This document shows, in pieces, positions 7,560 to 17,196 of a stretch of DNA of 64,000 nucleotides. Positions within the stretch are counted from its first letter, which is position 1. Each line of letters begins with the position of its first letter. The position numbers were made by a program, and so were the translations under genes. The notes beneath the pieces are model-generated. The model saw nothing but the letters and a program-made list of their open reading frames with translations, was not told the origin of the DNA and did no database searches. Source of the DNA: Oscillospiraceae bacterium (GTDB lineage Bacteria; Bacillota; Clostridia; Oscillospirales; Oscillospiraceae); contig JAFTYM010000025.1 in the NCBI GenBank assembly GCA_017461585.1, positions 9,686-73,685 on the forward strand, written 5' to 3'.

Positions 7560-8441
7560 ATGAACGGACTTTATGAAGCATTAGGCATTAGCACAGGCGC
7601 GGAGGAGACAGCTCCTGCCGAAACACAGGAAATCGCCGAACCTGCGGATGCTCAGGGTACCGAAGGCGGCACAGAGCAGGCAGTCGCCGACCCTGCGGAA
7701 GGCACAGAGGGTGCCGAAAGCGGCAAAGGAAAACAATCCAAAGCTGACAATCAGAAGTATGCAAGACAGCGCAGAGAGCGTGAAAAACAGGAAGCTATCG
7801 ACGCTGCAGTAAGCGCAGAGCAGAAGCGTCTTGAAGGCATTCTGCGTGATGCGGGACTTATCGACCCCACGAGCAAGAACGGCAGAATACAGAACCTTGA
7901 ACAGCTTGAGCAGAGGGCAAAGGCAAATGCGGCGAAGGAAGCTGCAAAGGCGTTGTCTGAGGGCAAAGAGCTTACAAAAGAGCAGTTAATGACTCTTATG
8001 CAGAATTCGGAGAGCGGCCGCGAAATACTCCGGAATACTGCCGAAGTTGAGACGGAAAAACTTGGCGTTTACCGCACTCAGCAGATTGCGCTCATCTCCA
8101 AGATAGATCCCGACATCAAATCTTTTGAAGATCTGCAAAAAATCCCCGAATACGAAGAGTTTGAAAGTTACGTGCGAGACAACGGTCTCTCGTGGGAAAA
8201 GGCGTACCGCCTTGCCTGCGGAGACAGACTTGCGCAGAGGGGCGCTGCCGCTGCCCGTCAGCGTACTTTAAATGAAACCAGCGGCAAACAGCACATGACA
8301 CAGGATGCTGCCCGTGGCGGAGCGGGTGTGGACATACCCCGTGACGTTGAAGCAATGTACAAGGCTATGGACCCGAGCCTTACTCATGAGCAGTGTGTCA
8401 AGAAATACAGCGATTATCTCAATCGCACAAAGAAAGGATGA
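7560..8441 (+). CDS. Putative scaffolding protein
   Basis: The N-terminus is acidic and low-complexity; the rest is a long charged, helical-looking region. It lies between the terminase and capsid genes. The assignment is positional. Confidence 0.5.
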   Translation: MNGLYEALGISTGAEETAPAETQEIAEPADAQGTEGGTEQAVADPAEGTEGAESGKGKQSKADNQKYARQRREREKQEAIDAAVSAEQKRLEGILRDAGLIDPTSKNGRIQNLEQLEQRAKANAAKEAAKALSEGKELTKEQLMTLMQNSESGREILRNTAEVETEKLGVYRTQQIALISKIDPDIKSFEDLQKIPEYEEFESYVRDNGLSWEKAYRLACGDRLAQRGAAAARQRTLNETSGKQHMTQDAARGGAGVDIPRDVEAMYKAMDPSLTHEQCVKKYSDYLNRTKKG

Positions 8442-8447
8442 TAATTT

Positions 8448-8837
8448 ATGTTTTTCCCCGCAACTGTAAAGGGAAACGTCGCACCTTGGAAAAAGCTTCC
8501 TGTTGGCGCGATCACGACTGAAGTGGGCATGGCAATGTATCTTTCCGGCGGCAAGCTGGTAAAGGCTACAGGCACAACTGCCCCCGAATATATCTGCATG
8601 GAAAGACACAAGGAAGCCGTTGCAGACGGTACATATATTCACGTTCTTCCCGTAAGCCCTGGCATTGAGTTTGAGACACAGGCTTCTGCGGCTCTTACAT
8701 CTGTCAAAGTGGGCGACAAGGTAACCATTGCAACAGACGCACTTCGCATCACCGCAACCACAACAGACGGCGTTGCCCGCGTTCTTGCTATGGAGGGCAC
8801 AGAGGTAGGCGCTACAGTACGCGTCGTTTTCGAATAA
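8448..8837 (+). CDS. Small head-module protein (possible decoration or accessory head protein)
   Basis: 129-aa protein located between the scaffold and major capsid genes. No motif confidently recognised. Confidence 0.35.
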   Translation: MFFPATVKGNVAPWKKLPVGAITTEVGMAMYLSGGKLVKATGTTAPEYICMERHKEAVADGTYIHVLPVSPGIEFETQASAALTSVKVGDKVTIATDALRITATTTDGVARVLAMEGTEVGATVRVVFE

Positions 8838-8856
8838 GAGAGAGGAGTGACATATA

Positions 8857-9873
8857 ATGCCCGGTATTATTTTTTCCGAAGCTTCCGGTGTTGCTGATTC
8901 CATTTATGGAAAAGCTCAGGCACCTATTCAGGAGATCGTTCTGAGTACAGCAAAAACACGTGAGGAGACCGAAAGCGCATATAAGCGCATCTTTAAGATG
9001 ACGCGTTCCACACACTATGCTGAGACATACGGCGGTGTTACAGGCTTCAAGGGTTTCCGCCCCACGCCTGAAAACGGCGCAAATAACCGCGACGGCATGC
9101 AGGAGACATTTGGCAAAACCCTGAAAAACATTCGCTGGACAGACGAGTTTGTTGTTTCTCACGAGATGGTTGAGGACGCACTTGTTATGGAATTCAACGA
9201 AAGACCTCAGGGCTTTGTTGATGGCTTCTATGACGCAAGGGAAGACTATGCAGCTGCACTTATCGGCGGCGCTCTTATGGGCAAGACCGAGATCGATTTC
9301 TATGGTCAGAAATGCGACATTACATCCGCTGACGGTCTGTCTCTGTTTAACGCTGCACATCCCAGCGTAATCAACAGCAGCAATGTTCAGTCAAACGTCT
9401 GCAGCAACGTGCTGTCTGCTGAGGCTCTTGACCTTGTTGAGACCGCACATCAGAACCTGCGTGACGACCATATGAAGAGCCTTCAGATCGCGCCCATGAC
9501 ACTTGTCATCCCCAACACAGCACAGGCTAAGCGTATTGCCTTTGCAGCGGCAGGCTCTGAAAGAGATCCCCTGACTTCCAACAACGCTTTCAACTATCAG
9601 GTCGGACGCTGGAACATTCTTGTATGGCAGCGTCTTAATGACTACATTACGACAGATGGTGAGCAGTTCCCCTGGTTCACTCTTGACGAGGTCTACAATC
9701 AGCGCTTCTCCACCGCTATCTTCCAGGACAGAAGCGATCTGAAAATCAGATCCCACATTGATGAAAGCAACTGGTCCAATGTATGGTCCGGTATTGCACG
9801 ATTTGTCGCAGGCTTTAAAGACTTCCGCGGCGTCTTCGCGGGCGGCGTTACAGGAGCAGCTGCGCTGGTATAA
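8857..9873 (+). CDS. Putative major capsid protein
   Basis: 338 aa with a strong RBS (GAGAGGAG). It follows the scaffold gene and is itself followed by an 11-bp hairpin. The assignment rests on position and size. Confidence 0.6.
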   Translation: MPGIIFSEASGVADSIYGKAQAPIQEIVLSTAKTREETESAYKRIFKMTRSTHYAETYGGVTGFKGFRPTPENGANNRDGMQETFGKTLKNIRWTDEFVVSHEMVEDALVMEFNERPQGFVDGFYDAREDYAAALIGGALMGKTEIDFYGQKCDITSADGLSLFNAAHPSVINSSNVQSNVCSNVLSAEALDLVETAHQNLRDDHMKSLQIAPMTLVIPNTAQAKRIAFAAAGSERDPLTSNNAFNYQVGRWNILVWQRLNDYITTDGEQFPWFTLDEVYNQRFSTAIFQDRSDLKIRSHIDESNWSNVWSGIARFVAGFKDFRGVFAGGVTGAAALV

Positions 9874-9892
9874 ATCCAAAAGTATAAAGTAC

Positions 9893-9923
9893 AGCACAGC
9901 AGACCGCGAGGCTCTGCTGTGCT
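9893..9923 (+). terminator. Stem-loop after the capsid gene (possible partial terminator)
   Basis: AGCACAGCAGA-ccgcgaggc-TCTGCTGTGCT, followed by TTGTGT. Confidence 0.4.
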
Positions 9924-9945
9924 TTGTGTATAGGGAGTGAAAAAC

Positions 9946-11979
9946 ATGGATAAACACAACGCAGAGCTTGAAAAATGGCAGGCAAAAGTACGCAAGGCGA
10001 AAGTTGATATGAAGCTTACCCGAGACCGAATAACAGAGCGTGAAAAGATATTCAAGGGTGAGCAGACTATAAAACCCATTACAGATGCGCAGGAGGAAGC
10101 GTGGAAAGGCGGCAAAGAAAAGGCAAAACACGTTTTCAACATTGTAGCAGAGAATATTGAGAGCGAAATCGATGTCAATATTCCGCAGCCGAAGGTAACG
10201 GCGGTGCGCCCTGAAGATGAGTATCTTGCAAAGCAGATAGAGGACTTTATACGCTCAGAGCTGGACAGGCAGCCCTTTGAAGAGATGAACGACCTGCAGG
10301 AACGAATCGTGCCTGTGCAGGGCGGCTCTTTCTGGCAGGTAGGCTGGGACAATACAAAGCGTACACACACAACCGTAGGTGAACTGTTTACGGAAGTACA
10401 GCACCCCAAAAGGGTGATACCGCAGCATGGTGTGTACTCCTCTGTTGAGGAGATGGACTTCATCGCTCTTGAGATACCGAAGACAAAGGAGGATATCAAG
10501 CGCAAATACGGTGTTGACGTTTCAGATTTGAGTGAGGAAGAACCTGATGTAAAGAGTACCGACGATGAAGCACCCACGGATATGGTAACACAGGTCGTCG
10601 TCTATTTCCGCAATGAGGACGGCGGCATAGGAAGATACAGCTATGTGGGCGACACAGAGCTTGAAAATATAAAGCACTGGAACGCACGCCAGCGAAGAAG
10701 ATGTGCAAAGTGCGGAGCTCCTGAGGAAGCGGCGGCAAATCACATGGGAGTTCCCACTCTGAACGGCACATATCCGGGAACGGAGCTTGCAGGTGTTGAG
10801 ATACCTGATGACGGCACATATACCGAGGTGCCGAAAAAGAAAAAGCGAATGGATGAGTGCCCCTATTGCGGCGGTCGCAAATGGGAGATGGCAACGGATG
10901 ACTACAGAACAATTGATGTTGACTACATAACAGCAACGGGAAAGGTGCTTCCCGCGAAAATAGAAAAAACGGACGAACTCGGAAACATAACGTATGAAGA
11001 TGTGAAGTATCCGTACTACAAAGTGGATCTATATCCGATCATAATTCAGCGAAATATCTCTGTGTATGGTGAACTGCTGGGTGAAAGTGATGTTGACAAG
11101 ATAGAAGATCAGCAGAACACAATGAACAATATAAATAAGGTCATAATCGACCGCATATTTGAAGCGGGAACGATAATAGGCCTGCCCCGTGACGTTGACA
11201 TTGAGACAGACCCGAAAAACGGACGTATTGTGAGATTTGACGGACCTGAACAGGCAGGGCAGATAAAAACCTATGATTTCACCGGTGATATCAGCGAACA
11301 CATGGCGTTCCGTTCCGCTATATACGAAGAGCCAAGACAGATCCTGGGAATTACAGACAGCCTTCAGGGGAGACGCGATTCCACAGCTACAAGCGCTGTT
11401 GCAAAAGAGTTTGCAGCTACACAATCTGCAGGCCGTCTTGAGAGTAAACGCCGCCTGAAGAACGCGGCGTATGCCCGTATATTTGAGCTTATGTTCAAAA
11501 CTGCTCTTGCAAATATGGATGAGCCGAGACCTATAAGACGCAAAGAGAACGGGGAGACAGTCTACGCAATGTTTGACCCTATGGAGTTTTATGAGTTAGA
11601 CGCAGCGGGTGAATGGTATGTCAATGACAGATTCCTTTTCTCTACCGATTCTGCTGCGCCCTTGGCGTCAAACCGAGAGGCGATGTGGCGTGAGATCACC
11701 ACACAGTATTCGAGCGGCTCTTACGGAGACCCGAACAGCGACGAGACACGTCTTTTGTACTGGTCTCAGATGGAAGAACTGCACTATCCTCTTGCGGCAT
11801 TTGTGAAAAAAGCTATAAGCGACAGAGTCAAACAGCAACAGGAGATAGTTAAGGCGCAGCTGGAAGCTTTGAAGAATAGAACGGCGACACAGCCGATGAC
11901 GCCTGCCGGAGCACCTGCGGCAATGCCGTCGGGCATGCCTGCTCAGGGCGATGTTAATGGGGGAGGTATGCCGCTGTGA
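9946..11979 (+). CDS. Putative portal protein with an inserted Zn ribbon
   Basis: About 677 aa, counted from the ATG at 9946 (RBS GGGAG). The portal-like C-terminal half contains GESDVDKIEDQQN and TSAVAKEFAATQSAGRLESKRR. CxxC pairs lie at 10702-10713 and 10858-10869. Confidence 0.5.
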   Translation: MDKHNAELEKWQAKVRKAKVDMKLTRDRITEREKIFKGEQTIKPITDAQEEAWKGGKEKAKHVFNIVAENIESEIDVNIPQPKVTAVRPEDEYLAKQIEDFIRSELDRQPFEEMNDLQERIVPVQGGSFWQVGWDNTKRTHTTVGELFTEVQHPKRVIPQHGVYSSVEEMDFIALEIPKTKEDIKRKYGVDVSDLSEEEPDVKSTDDEAPTDMVTQVVVYFRNEDGGIGRYSYVGDTELENIKHWNARQRRRCAKCGAPEEAAANHMGVPTLNGTYPGTELAGVEIPDDGTYTEVPKKKKRMDECPYCGGRKWEMATDDYRTIDVDYITATGKVLPAKIEKTDELGNITYEDVKYPYYKVDLYPIIIQRNISVYGELLGESDVDKIEDQQNTMNNINKVIIDRIFEAGTIIGLPRDVDIETDPKNGRIVRFDGPEQAGQIKTYDFTGDISEHMAFRSAIYEEPRQILGITDSLQGRRDSTATSAVAKEFAATQSAGRLESKRRLKNAAYARIFELMFKTALANMDEPRPIRRKENGETVYAMFDPMEFYELDAAGEWYVNDRFLFSTDSAAPLASNREAMWREITTQYSSGSYGDPNSDETRLLYWSQMEELHYPLAAFVKKAISDRVKQQQEIVKAQLEALKNRTATQPMTPAGAPAAMPSGMPAQGDVNGGGMPL

Positions 11980-13190
11980 CGGTAAAAGAAATTATTGAAA
12001 AAGTTGACAGTTTGCGACGTAATAACCAGTTTACTATAGGAGACAAGATGAAGTGGTTAAACCAGTGCGAAGCAAGACTTCAGCTGGAATGTCTGCTGAT
12101 GCCGTGCGTTGAAGTTCAGTACGACTATACAGCGGATGCGGATGAAGAGCTTCTGGCGAAAACGCCGTATGACGAGCTCTATGTATATTACATTTGCGCA
12201 AAGATAGATGAAGCTCTGAGCGAGATGGAGAAGTACAACAACACCATTTCTCAGTACAACGATGTACATGAGAGCTTCCAAAAATGGCTTATAAAAACCC
12301 ACGATCCGAAGCATAACAGAATTCATATCCGCAGAGAAGCTCCTATTATCTTCCGCGGCGATGAAGTTACTGTGAATCTGTACGGATTGCCCGTTGATGC
12401 CGAAGAGGTTACTGAGACAAAGGTTCTGCTGACGCAGAATGAAGTTACTACAGAGCTTGCAGATGTGACAATGGAAGGCGATACGCTGACATTTACGCTT
12501 ACCGCAGCGCAGAGCTACGCGCTCTCCAAAGGCTCTCTTTTCGTCGGCTACGACATTTTAAGCGGAGAATACAGGTACAGGGAAGAACGGGCAAAACGCT
12601 TTTACGTAAAGCTTGCGTCTGAACTGCAGGCAATAGTGGACGGAGAGCAGGGAAGCCCCGTTGATGAATCTCTTACAATTCACGGAAGAGCAGCGGATGC
12701 AGGAGTTACAGGCAAGGAGTTTGAAAAGGTCAGACAGCTTATCAAAGCTCTGAATGATACTACAGCACAGCTGAATGTGGATTTAGGCAGAGTGGCTGTT
12801 GAAAGTACCGAGCATCCCGGCTGTTGGTATCGCATTGTTGAGGGAGAGACCGAGTGGCTTAATCCACCTATGATCGTCGGAGTTGAATATCGAACGACAA
12901 AAAGATATGGCGGGAAAGTAGTCTATGTAAAAACCGTAAATTATGGCACGATGCCGAACACAACTTTTGCAATGAAATCTCACGGCATAACAATGACCGG
13001 AGTAACTGAATCACGAGGCGTACAGATCAAACAAGATGGTTCAACGGTCGCTTTTCCTCTTCACTACGCGACAGGTTCAGAACAGCAGACAATAGATCTG
13101 CTGGTAAATCTTACTTCTATGATCATTACTACAGATTTTGATGCGAGCGATAGAACTGCAAATGTTGAAATATGGTACACAAAAGCGTAA
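11976..13190 (+). CDS. Structural protein (possible head-tail adaptor or fibre base)
   Basis: 404 aa. The GTG start overlaps the portal stop, with a GGGAGG RBS. No motif recognised. Confidence 0.4.
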   Translation: MTVKEIIEKVDSLRRNNQFTIGDKMKWLNQCEARLQLECLLMPCVEVQYDYTADADEELLAKTPYDELYVYYICAKIDEALSEMEKYNNTISQYNDVHESFQKWLIKTHDPKHNRIHIRREAPIIFRGDEVTVNLYGLPVDAEEVTETKVLLTQNEVTTELADVTMEGDTLTFTLTAAQSYALSKGSLFVGYDILSGEYRYREERAKRFYVKLASELQAIVDGEQGSPVDESLTIHGRAADAGVTGKEFEKVRQLIKALNDTTAQLNVDLGRVAVESTEHPGCWYRIVEGETEWLNPPMIVGVEYRTTKRYGGKVVYVKTVNYGTMPNTTFAMKSHGITMTGVTESRGVQIKQDGSTVAFPLHYATGSEQQTIDLLVNLTSMIITTDFDASDRTANVEIWYTKA

Positions 13191-13203
13191 AGGAGTGTGA
13201 AGT

Positions 13204-14022
13204 ATGGAAATTATTAGCAGTAAACCCGTAAAAGCGGGTGAACAGCCAAAGTGCAGCATACCACACTCACAGCCTATGCGGAGCAAGCCGGGACCTCAGG
13301 GCGAGGCAGCAACAATTGAAATTGCGGACGTTGTGACTATTGAGCCTACAGATCCTGCAAGAGTTGAAAACCTTGGTGATGCTTCAAATGCAAAGCTTGT
13401 GCTGTATATCCCGAAAGGTGATCAGGGCAATGCCGGAAGGGACGGAGCCCCCGGTGAGCCGGGTGATGACTACATTCTCACACCGGAAGACAAAAAAGAA
13501 ATTGCGGAGCTGATTGAGATACCTGAAGGTGAAGGCTCGGCAGGCGGCTATTACACACCTGAGGTTTCACAGGTAGACGCTGACACGATGGCGGTATCGT
13601 TCACCGCAAGCAGCGAGAACATGCCGCAGGTGGAAAGTGTAAATATCACACTTCCCGCAGGACCACAAGGCGAACAGGGACCACAAGGCGAACAGGGACC
13701 GCAGGGACCTGCAGGGCCGCAGGGACCTACAGGACCGCAGGGAGCTCCGGGCGAAAAAGGCGACACAGGCGCACAGGGCATCCAAGGTGAAAAAGGCGAA
13801 AAGGGTGACCCCGGCAGCGACTACGTTCTCACCGAAGCTGACAAGCAAGAGATAGCCGACATGGCAATTATCGTCAGTACAGAGCAGCCTACAGAAACAG
13901 GCGTGTTTTGGTATGATCCTGACGATGACAGCAGCGTAGAAACCTACACCAAAACAGAGATAGACGCCATGTTTGGAGCATACATCACCGATATTGACAC
14001 TCTTGTAGGGGGTGACAGCTAA
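13204..14022 (+). CDS. Collagen-like repeat fibre protein
   Basis: Gly-X-Y runs are present ([16 protein letters not shown]; [52 protein letters not shown]). Each run is followed by a DY(I/V)LTxxDKxEIA motif. Confidence 0.8.
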   Translation: MEIISSKPVKAGEQPKCSIPHSQPMRSKPGPQGEAATIEIADVVTIEPTDPARVENLGDASNAKLVLYIPKGDQGNAGRDGAPGEPGDDYILTPEDKKEIAELIEIPEGEGSAGGYYTPEVSQVDADTMAVSFTASSENMPQVESVNITLPAGPQGEQGPQGEQGPQGPAGPQGPTGPQGAPGEKGDTGAQGIQGEKGEKGDPGSDYVLTEADKQEIADMAIIVSTEQPTETGVFWYDPDDDSSVETYTKTEIDAMFGAYITDIDTLVGGDS

Positions 14023-14534
14023 TGGCAACTGCTGAAAGTGTAAAGACTAAGATACAGGGTCTTATTGATACTGCAAACGAGGCAACAGGCGGTACGGATA
14101 CCGATTTGACAGCGGCTGTAAATACGCTTATTGCGGGATTCGGTCAAGGTGGTGGCGGTGCTGTGCTTTTGGAAAGCGGAACTGTTACCACAACATCAAG
14201 CACTTCGTATTTCATTCAAGAACTTTCCGAAACGCCCGATTTAGTGTTGGTATGGGCAGAAACAGAAATAACCGCTGGGGCTACGGCGGGTGTTGTTATA
14301 GCGGTGCTGCCAATTACACTACTTCCTACTGACACTACGCCGACTGGTGCAATCAGCAACTTTATAGCTCAGTTGCGATACCTTAATGGTAACATTACCA
14401 ACGCTGGAGAAACGAGTAATGTTGGAATTTTTCTTACTGACGGTGTTCCGAAGTTTGGATGTTCCCGCATTTCCAGCAGTTATCCGTTAATTGATGGTGA
14501 CTACCATTACGAAACATACAAGCTTTGGAGTTGA
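14022..14534 (+). CDS. Hypothetical fibre-module protein (170 aa)
   Basis: Its start overlaps the stop of the previous gene. The composition is Thr/Gly-rich. Confidence 0.45.
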   Translation: MATAESVKTKIQGLIDTANEATGGTDTDLTAAVNTLIAGFGQGGGGAVLLESGTVTTTSSTSYFIQELSETPDLVLVWAETEITAGATAGVVIAVLPITLLPTDTTPTGAISNFIAQLRYLNGNITNAGETSNVGIFLTDGVPKFGCSRISSSYPLIDGDYHYETYKLWS

Positions 14535-14544
14535 GGTGATATGA

Positions 14545-14778
14545 ATGTATATATCTAAAACAAGCAAAGGTAAATTCTATCATAATGGCGAAGAAATCAC
14601 CGAAACCAAATACAACAAAATTCTTTCCCTGCTCCACAACAGACCTACAGCCGAAGAAGGATTTGCATATCGTCTTACCGCTGACCTTGAATGGGAACTT
14701 TACGAAGTGCCTGTTGAGGAAGAAGCGGAACTGACCGAAGCAGAAGCACTTGAAATCCTGTTAGGGGGTGCGGTATGA
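14545..14778 (+). CDS. Hypothetical protein (77 aa)
   Basis: ORF track entry with a GAGGTGA RBS. Its stop overlaps the next gene's start (ATGA). Confidence 0.45.
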   Translation: MYISKTSKGKFYHNGEEITETKYNKILSLLHNRPTAEEGFAYRLTADLEWELYEVPVEEEAELTEAEALEILLGGAV

Positions 14779-15185
14779 CACGAAGCGAAGCTTTAAAACT
14801 GCGTAAAATCATCGAACAAGCGGTACAGAGCTTATCTGACAGCTCAGCATTACAGGCGGTGACTCTGCATCCTGCGTGGACAACAGACACAGCCTACAGC
14901 GCAGACTACAAAGTACAGTACGGCGGCAAGCTTTACAGATGCAAACAGGCGCATACATCACAGAGCGGATGGGAGCCTGAAAATGTACCTGAATTGTGGG
15001 AGCAGATAAACGAAACTCACGCAGGAACGCTTGAAGAACCTATTCCCTACGATGGCAACATGGCGCTTGTAAGCGGTCTGTATTACGTTCAGAACGATGT
15101 TATCTATCTCTGCACAAGAGATACAGTAAATCCCGTGTACAGCAGTTTAGAAAGCCTTGTGGGGCTGTACGTTGAGGGGGTGTAA
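14775..15185 (+). CDS. Protein with a CBM5/12-type (chitin-binding type 3-like) carbohydrate-binding domain
   Basis: AWTTDTAYSADYKVQYGGKLYRCKQAHTSQSGWEPENVPELWEQI (nt 14868-15008) closely matches the CBM5/12 consensus (AW..gtaY..Gd.V.y.G..Y.c.q.Hts..gWeP...palW). Confidence 0.75.
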   Translation: MTRSEALKLRKIIEQAVQSLSDSSALQAVTLHPAWTTDTAYSADYKVQYGGKLYRCKQAHTSQSGWEPENVPELWEQINETHAGTLEEPIPYDGNMALVSGLYYVQNDVIYLCTRDTVNPVYSSLESLVGLYVEGV

Positions 15186-15188
15186 ACA

Positions 15189-16034
15189 ATGGGCGCATTT
15201 AAGTACATAGATGAAAACGGCGATGTTGTATACGTTGTAAAAGGTGTCAAGGGTGATAAGGGCGATACAGGCGAACAAGGTATTCAGGGCGTTCAGGGCG
15301 AAAAAGGTGACACAGGTGCAACTGGTAAAGACGGAAGTAACGGTGCAGATGGTTACACGCCTGTTCGTGGTACAGACTACTGGACTGCTGATGATAAAGC
15401 AGAAATTATCAACGAAGTAATTACTGCACTTGGCGGCTCTCCTGTTTTTGGAGTAGTTGACGATGCGGGAAACATCACCCTTTCAGGACTTGCAGACGGT
15501 ACATACACTCTGAAATATGAAAACGATGATGGTACTACAACTGATATCGGTTCATTCACAGTAGGTGAAGTTGTTCCTGCATACACAAACCTGTTTGACC
15601 CTGCGGCGGCTACACTTAATCAAAGATGGTCAAATAGTTCGTTTGCTTACAAGGATGAAAACGGTATTGTTGTATCGGATTATATTCCTATCACTATTCC
15701 GTCAGATGCCGATAATCCGTCCGTTTTACGTTGGCGTGGCGGTACCATGACAGGTAATGCAGGTCTTATGTATTTCAACGCATCCAAAACTGTTATTAAT
15801 GCATCAGATGCAAGCACAAACGGCGCTGGACTTAATTCAACTAACTCGTCCTTTACAACCGATGAAAACGGTGACGGCATGGTCAACTTAGGCTTCAAAA
15901 ACGGTAATTTGCAGAGCAACTGGCAAGCAAGCGCAGCTTATGTGCGTTTGTCTCTGTATATCGGTAGCAGCGCACTTACAATTGACGATATTCAGAACGT
16001 CATCATTACCATTGACGAGCCTATCACGGATTAA
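15189..16034 (+). CDS. Collagen-like repeat fibre / receptor-binding protein
   Basis: Gly-X-Y run [37 protein letters not shown], followed by a non-repetitive C-terminal domain. Confidence 0.75.
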   Translation: MGAFKYIDENGDVVYVVKGVKGDKGDTGEQGIQGVQGEKGDTGATGKDGSNGADGYTPVRGTDYWTADDKAEIINEVITALGGSPVFGVVDDAGNITLSGLADGTYTLKYENDDGTTTDIGSFTVGEVVPAYTNLFDPAAATLNQRWSNSSFAYKDENGIVVSDYIPITIPSDADNPSVLRWRGGTMTGNAGLMYFNASKTVINASDASTNGAGLNSTNSSFTTDENGDGMVNLGFKNGNLQSNWQASAAYVRLSLYIGSSALTIDDIQNVIITIDEPITD

Positions 16035-16046
16035 GGCGGTGATTAC

Positions 16047-17072
16047 ATGGCACAGTTTACAGATTTTATTCCGCAGAACGTAGCACCGTCAGAAGCAAAC
16101 GAAATAGGCGTGTATAGCGCAAGCGGAAAGAAAGTGTGTAGTGTTGAACTTAGTCACCTCGCCTTCCCTTCAAATGCAGGTACAAAGCTGTACAGCTTCG
16201 GAGCGTTGTCTGATGTACACATTTCACAGGATACAGCAGAAGCGGATTTTCGCAGAGCGTTGACATACTTCCAAGATACTGCAAATGTGGATTTTGTCTG
16301 TATCGCAGGTGATTTGACACAGTATTCCGAAGCGGCAGAGTGGGAACTATATGCACAATGCGTCGCCGAAGAAAGCGAAAGCACACCTGTCTATGCGATA
16401 GCAGGAAATCATGACGGATATGGAATAACTGTAACCGATGCGTTTTGTCAAGAGCATTTTGGCTATGGAGTATTCCACACATTCACGCAAGGTGACGATG
16501 TATTCATTATGATGTCTAATGCGTGTTATCCGAGTGAAAGCGGTAATTTGCCGCCGTTCTACACATCGAGTTTGCAAGCACTCTGTGAAACATTGGAAGC
16601 AAACCGAAATAAACGATGCTTTGTATTTCAGCATTATTTTATGGTGGGTACGGCTGGAGACCCTTTGGATGCTTATGGTTCTACAACTCTGTTCGGAACG
16701 CAGGAAACAGTTATCCAAAGCCTAATGAAACACTATCCAAATGCGTTGTGGTTTCATGGGCATAGCCATCAGATGTTTGAAGTACAAACAATACATGATA
16801 AAGCAACATACGACTTTGATTTTGGGTGTCACAATATCCATATTCCGTCCTGTGCGTTGCCTGTTCAAATAACCGAAAGCGGTTCACGAATACAACTGTC
16901 GGAAGGAAGTCAAGGCTATGTGGTAGATGTATACAACAACGGAATACATCTGAAAGGTCGAGATTTTTCCAACGGTGTATTTTTACCTATTGCTTCTTAT
17001 TGGCTTGATACCACATTGCAAACCGTGGAAGCAGGCACATATACAGACAGCACAGGTACGATTACACCATAA
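16047..17072 (+). CDS. Calcineurin-like metallophosphoesterase
   Basis: All five motifs are present in order: SDVH, AGDLTQ, AGNHDG, FQHY and HGHSHQ. Confidence 0.8.
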   Translation: MAQFTDFIPQNVAPSEANEIGVYSASGKKVCSVELSHLAFPSNAGTKLYSFGALSDVHISQDTAEADFRRALTYFQDTANVDFVCIAGDLTQYSEAAEWELYAQCVAEESESTPVYAIAGNHDGYGITVTDAFCQEHFGYGVFHTFTQGDDVFIMMSNACYPSESGNLPPFYTSSLQALCETLEANRNKRCFVFQHYFMVGTAGDPLDAYGSTTLFGTQETVIQSLMKHYPNALWFHGHSHQMFEVQTIHDKATYDFDFGCHNIHIPSCALPVQITESGSRIQLSEGSQGYVVDVYNNGIHLKGRDFSNGVFLPIASYWLDTTLQTVEAGTYTDSTGTITP

Positions 17073-17085
17073 ACGAGGAGATAAC

Positions 17086-17181
17086 ATGATGAACGCATTA
17101 CATCTTATTTGGATTATTCCATTATCAGTAGGTATCGGATATGCAATTGCCGCTTTGATGGTGGCGGCGAAGAGAGGGTAA
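17086..17181 (+). CDS. Small single-TM protein (31 aa) upstream of the holin
   Basis: GAGGAG RBS upstream. Sequence MMNALHLIWIIPLSVGIGYAIAALMVAAKRG: a hydrophobic core with a basic tail. Confidence 0.4.
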   Translation: MMNALHLIWIIPLSVGIGYAIAALMVAAKRG

Positions 17182-17196
17182 AAAGGAGAGATAACT

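Noticed and set aside
9391-10577. Minus-strand ORFs of 246 aa and 292 aa
   Set aside because: They are antisense to the capsid and portal genes, have no motifs, and contradict the unidirectional, tightly coupled phage operon.
13657-13760. A CRISPR-like or other regularly spaced repeat array
   Set aside because: The repeats are contiguous 18-bp coding units of a Gly-X-Y collagen tract with no spacers. No CRISPR array or cas genes occur in the window.
13204-16034. A diversity-generating retroelement acting on the fibre genes
   Set aside because: No reverse transcriptase ORF (no YxDD motif), no Avd-like gene and no TR/VR repeat pair were seen anywhere in the prophage part of the window.
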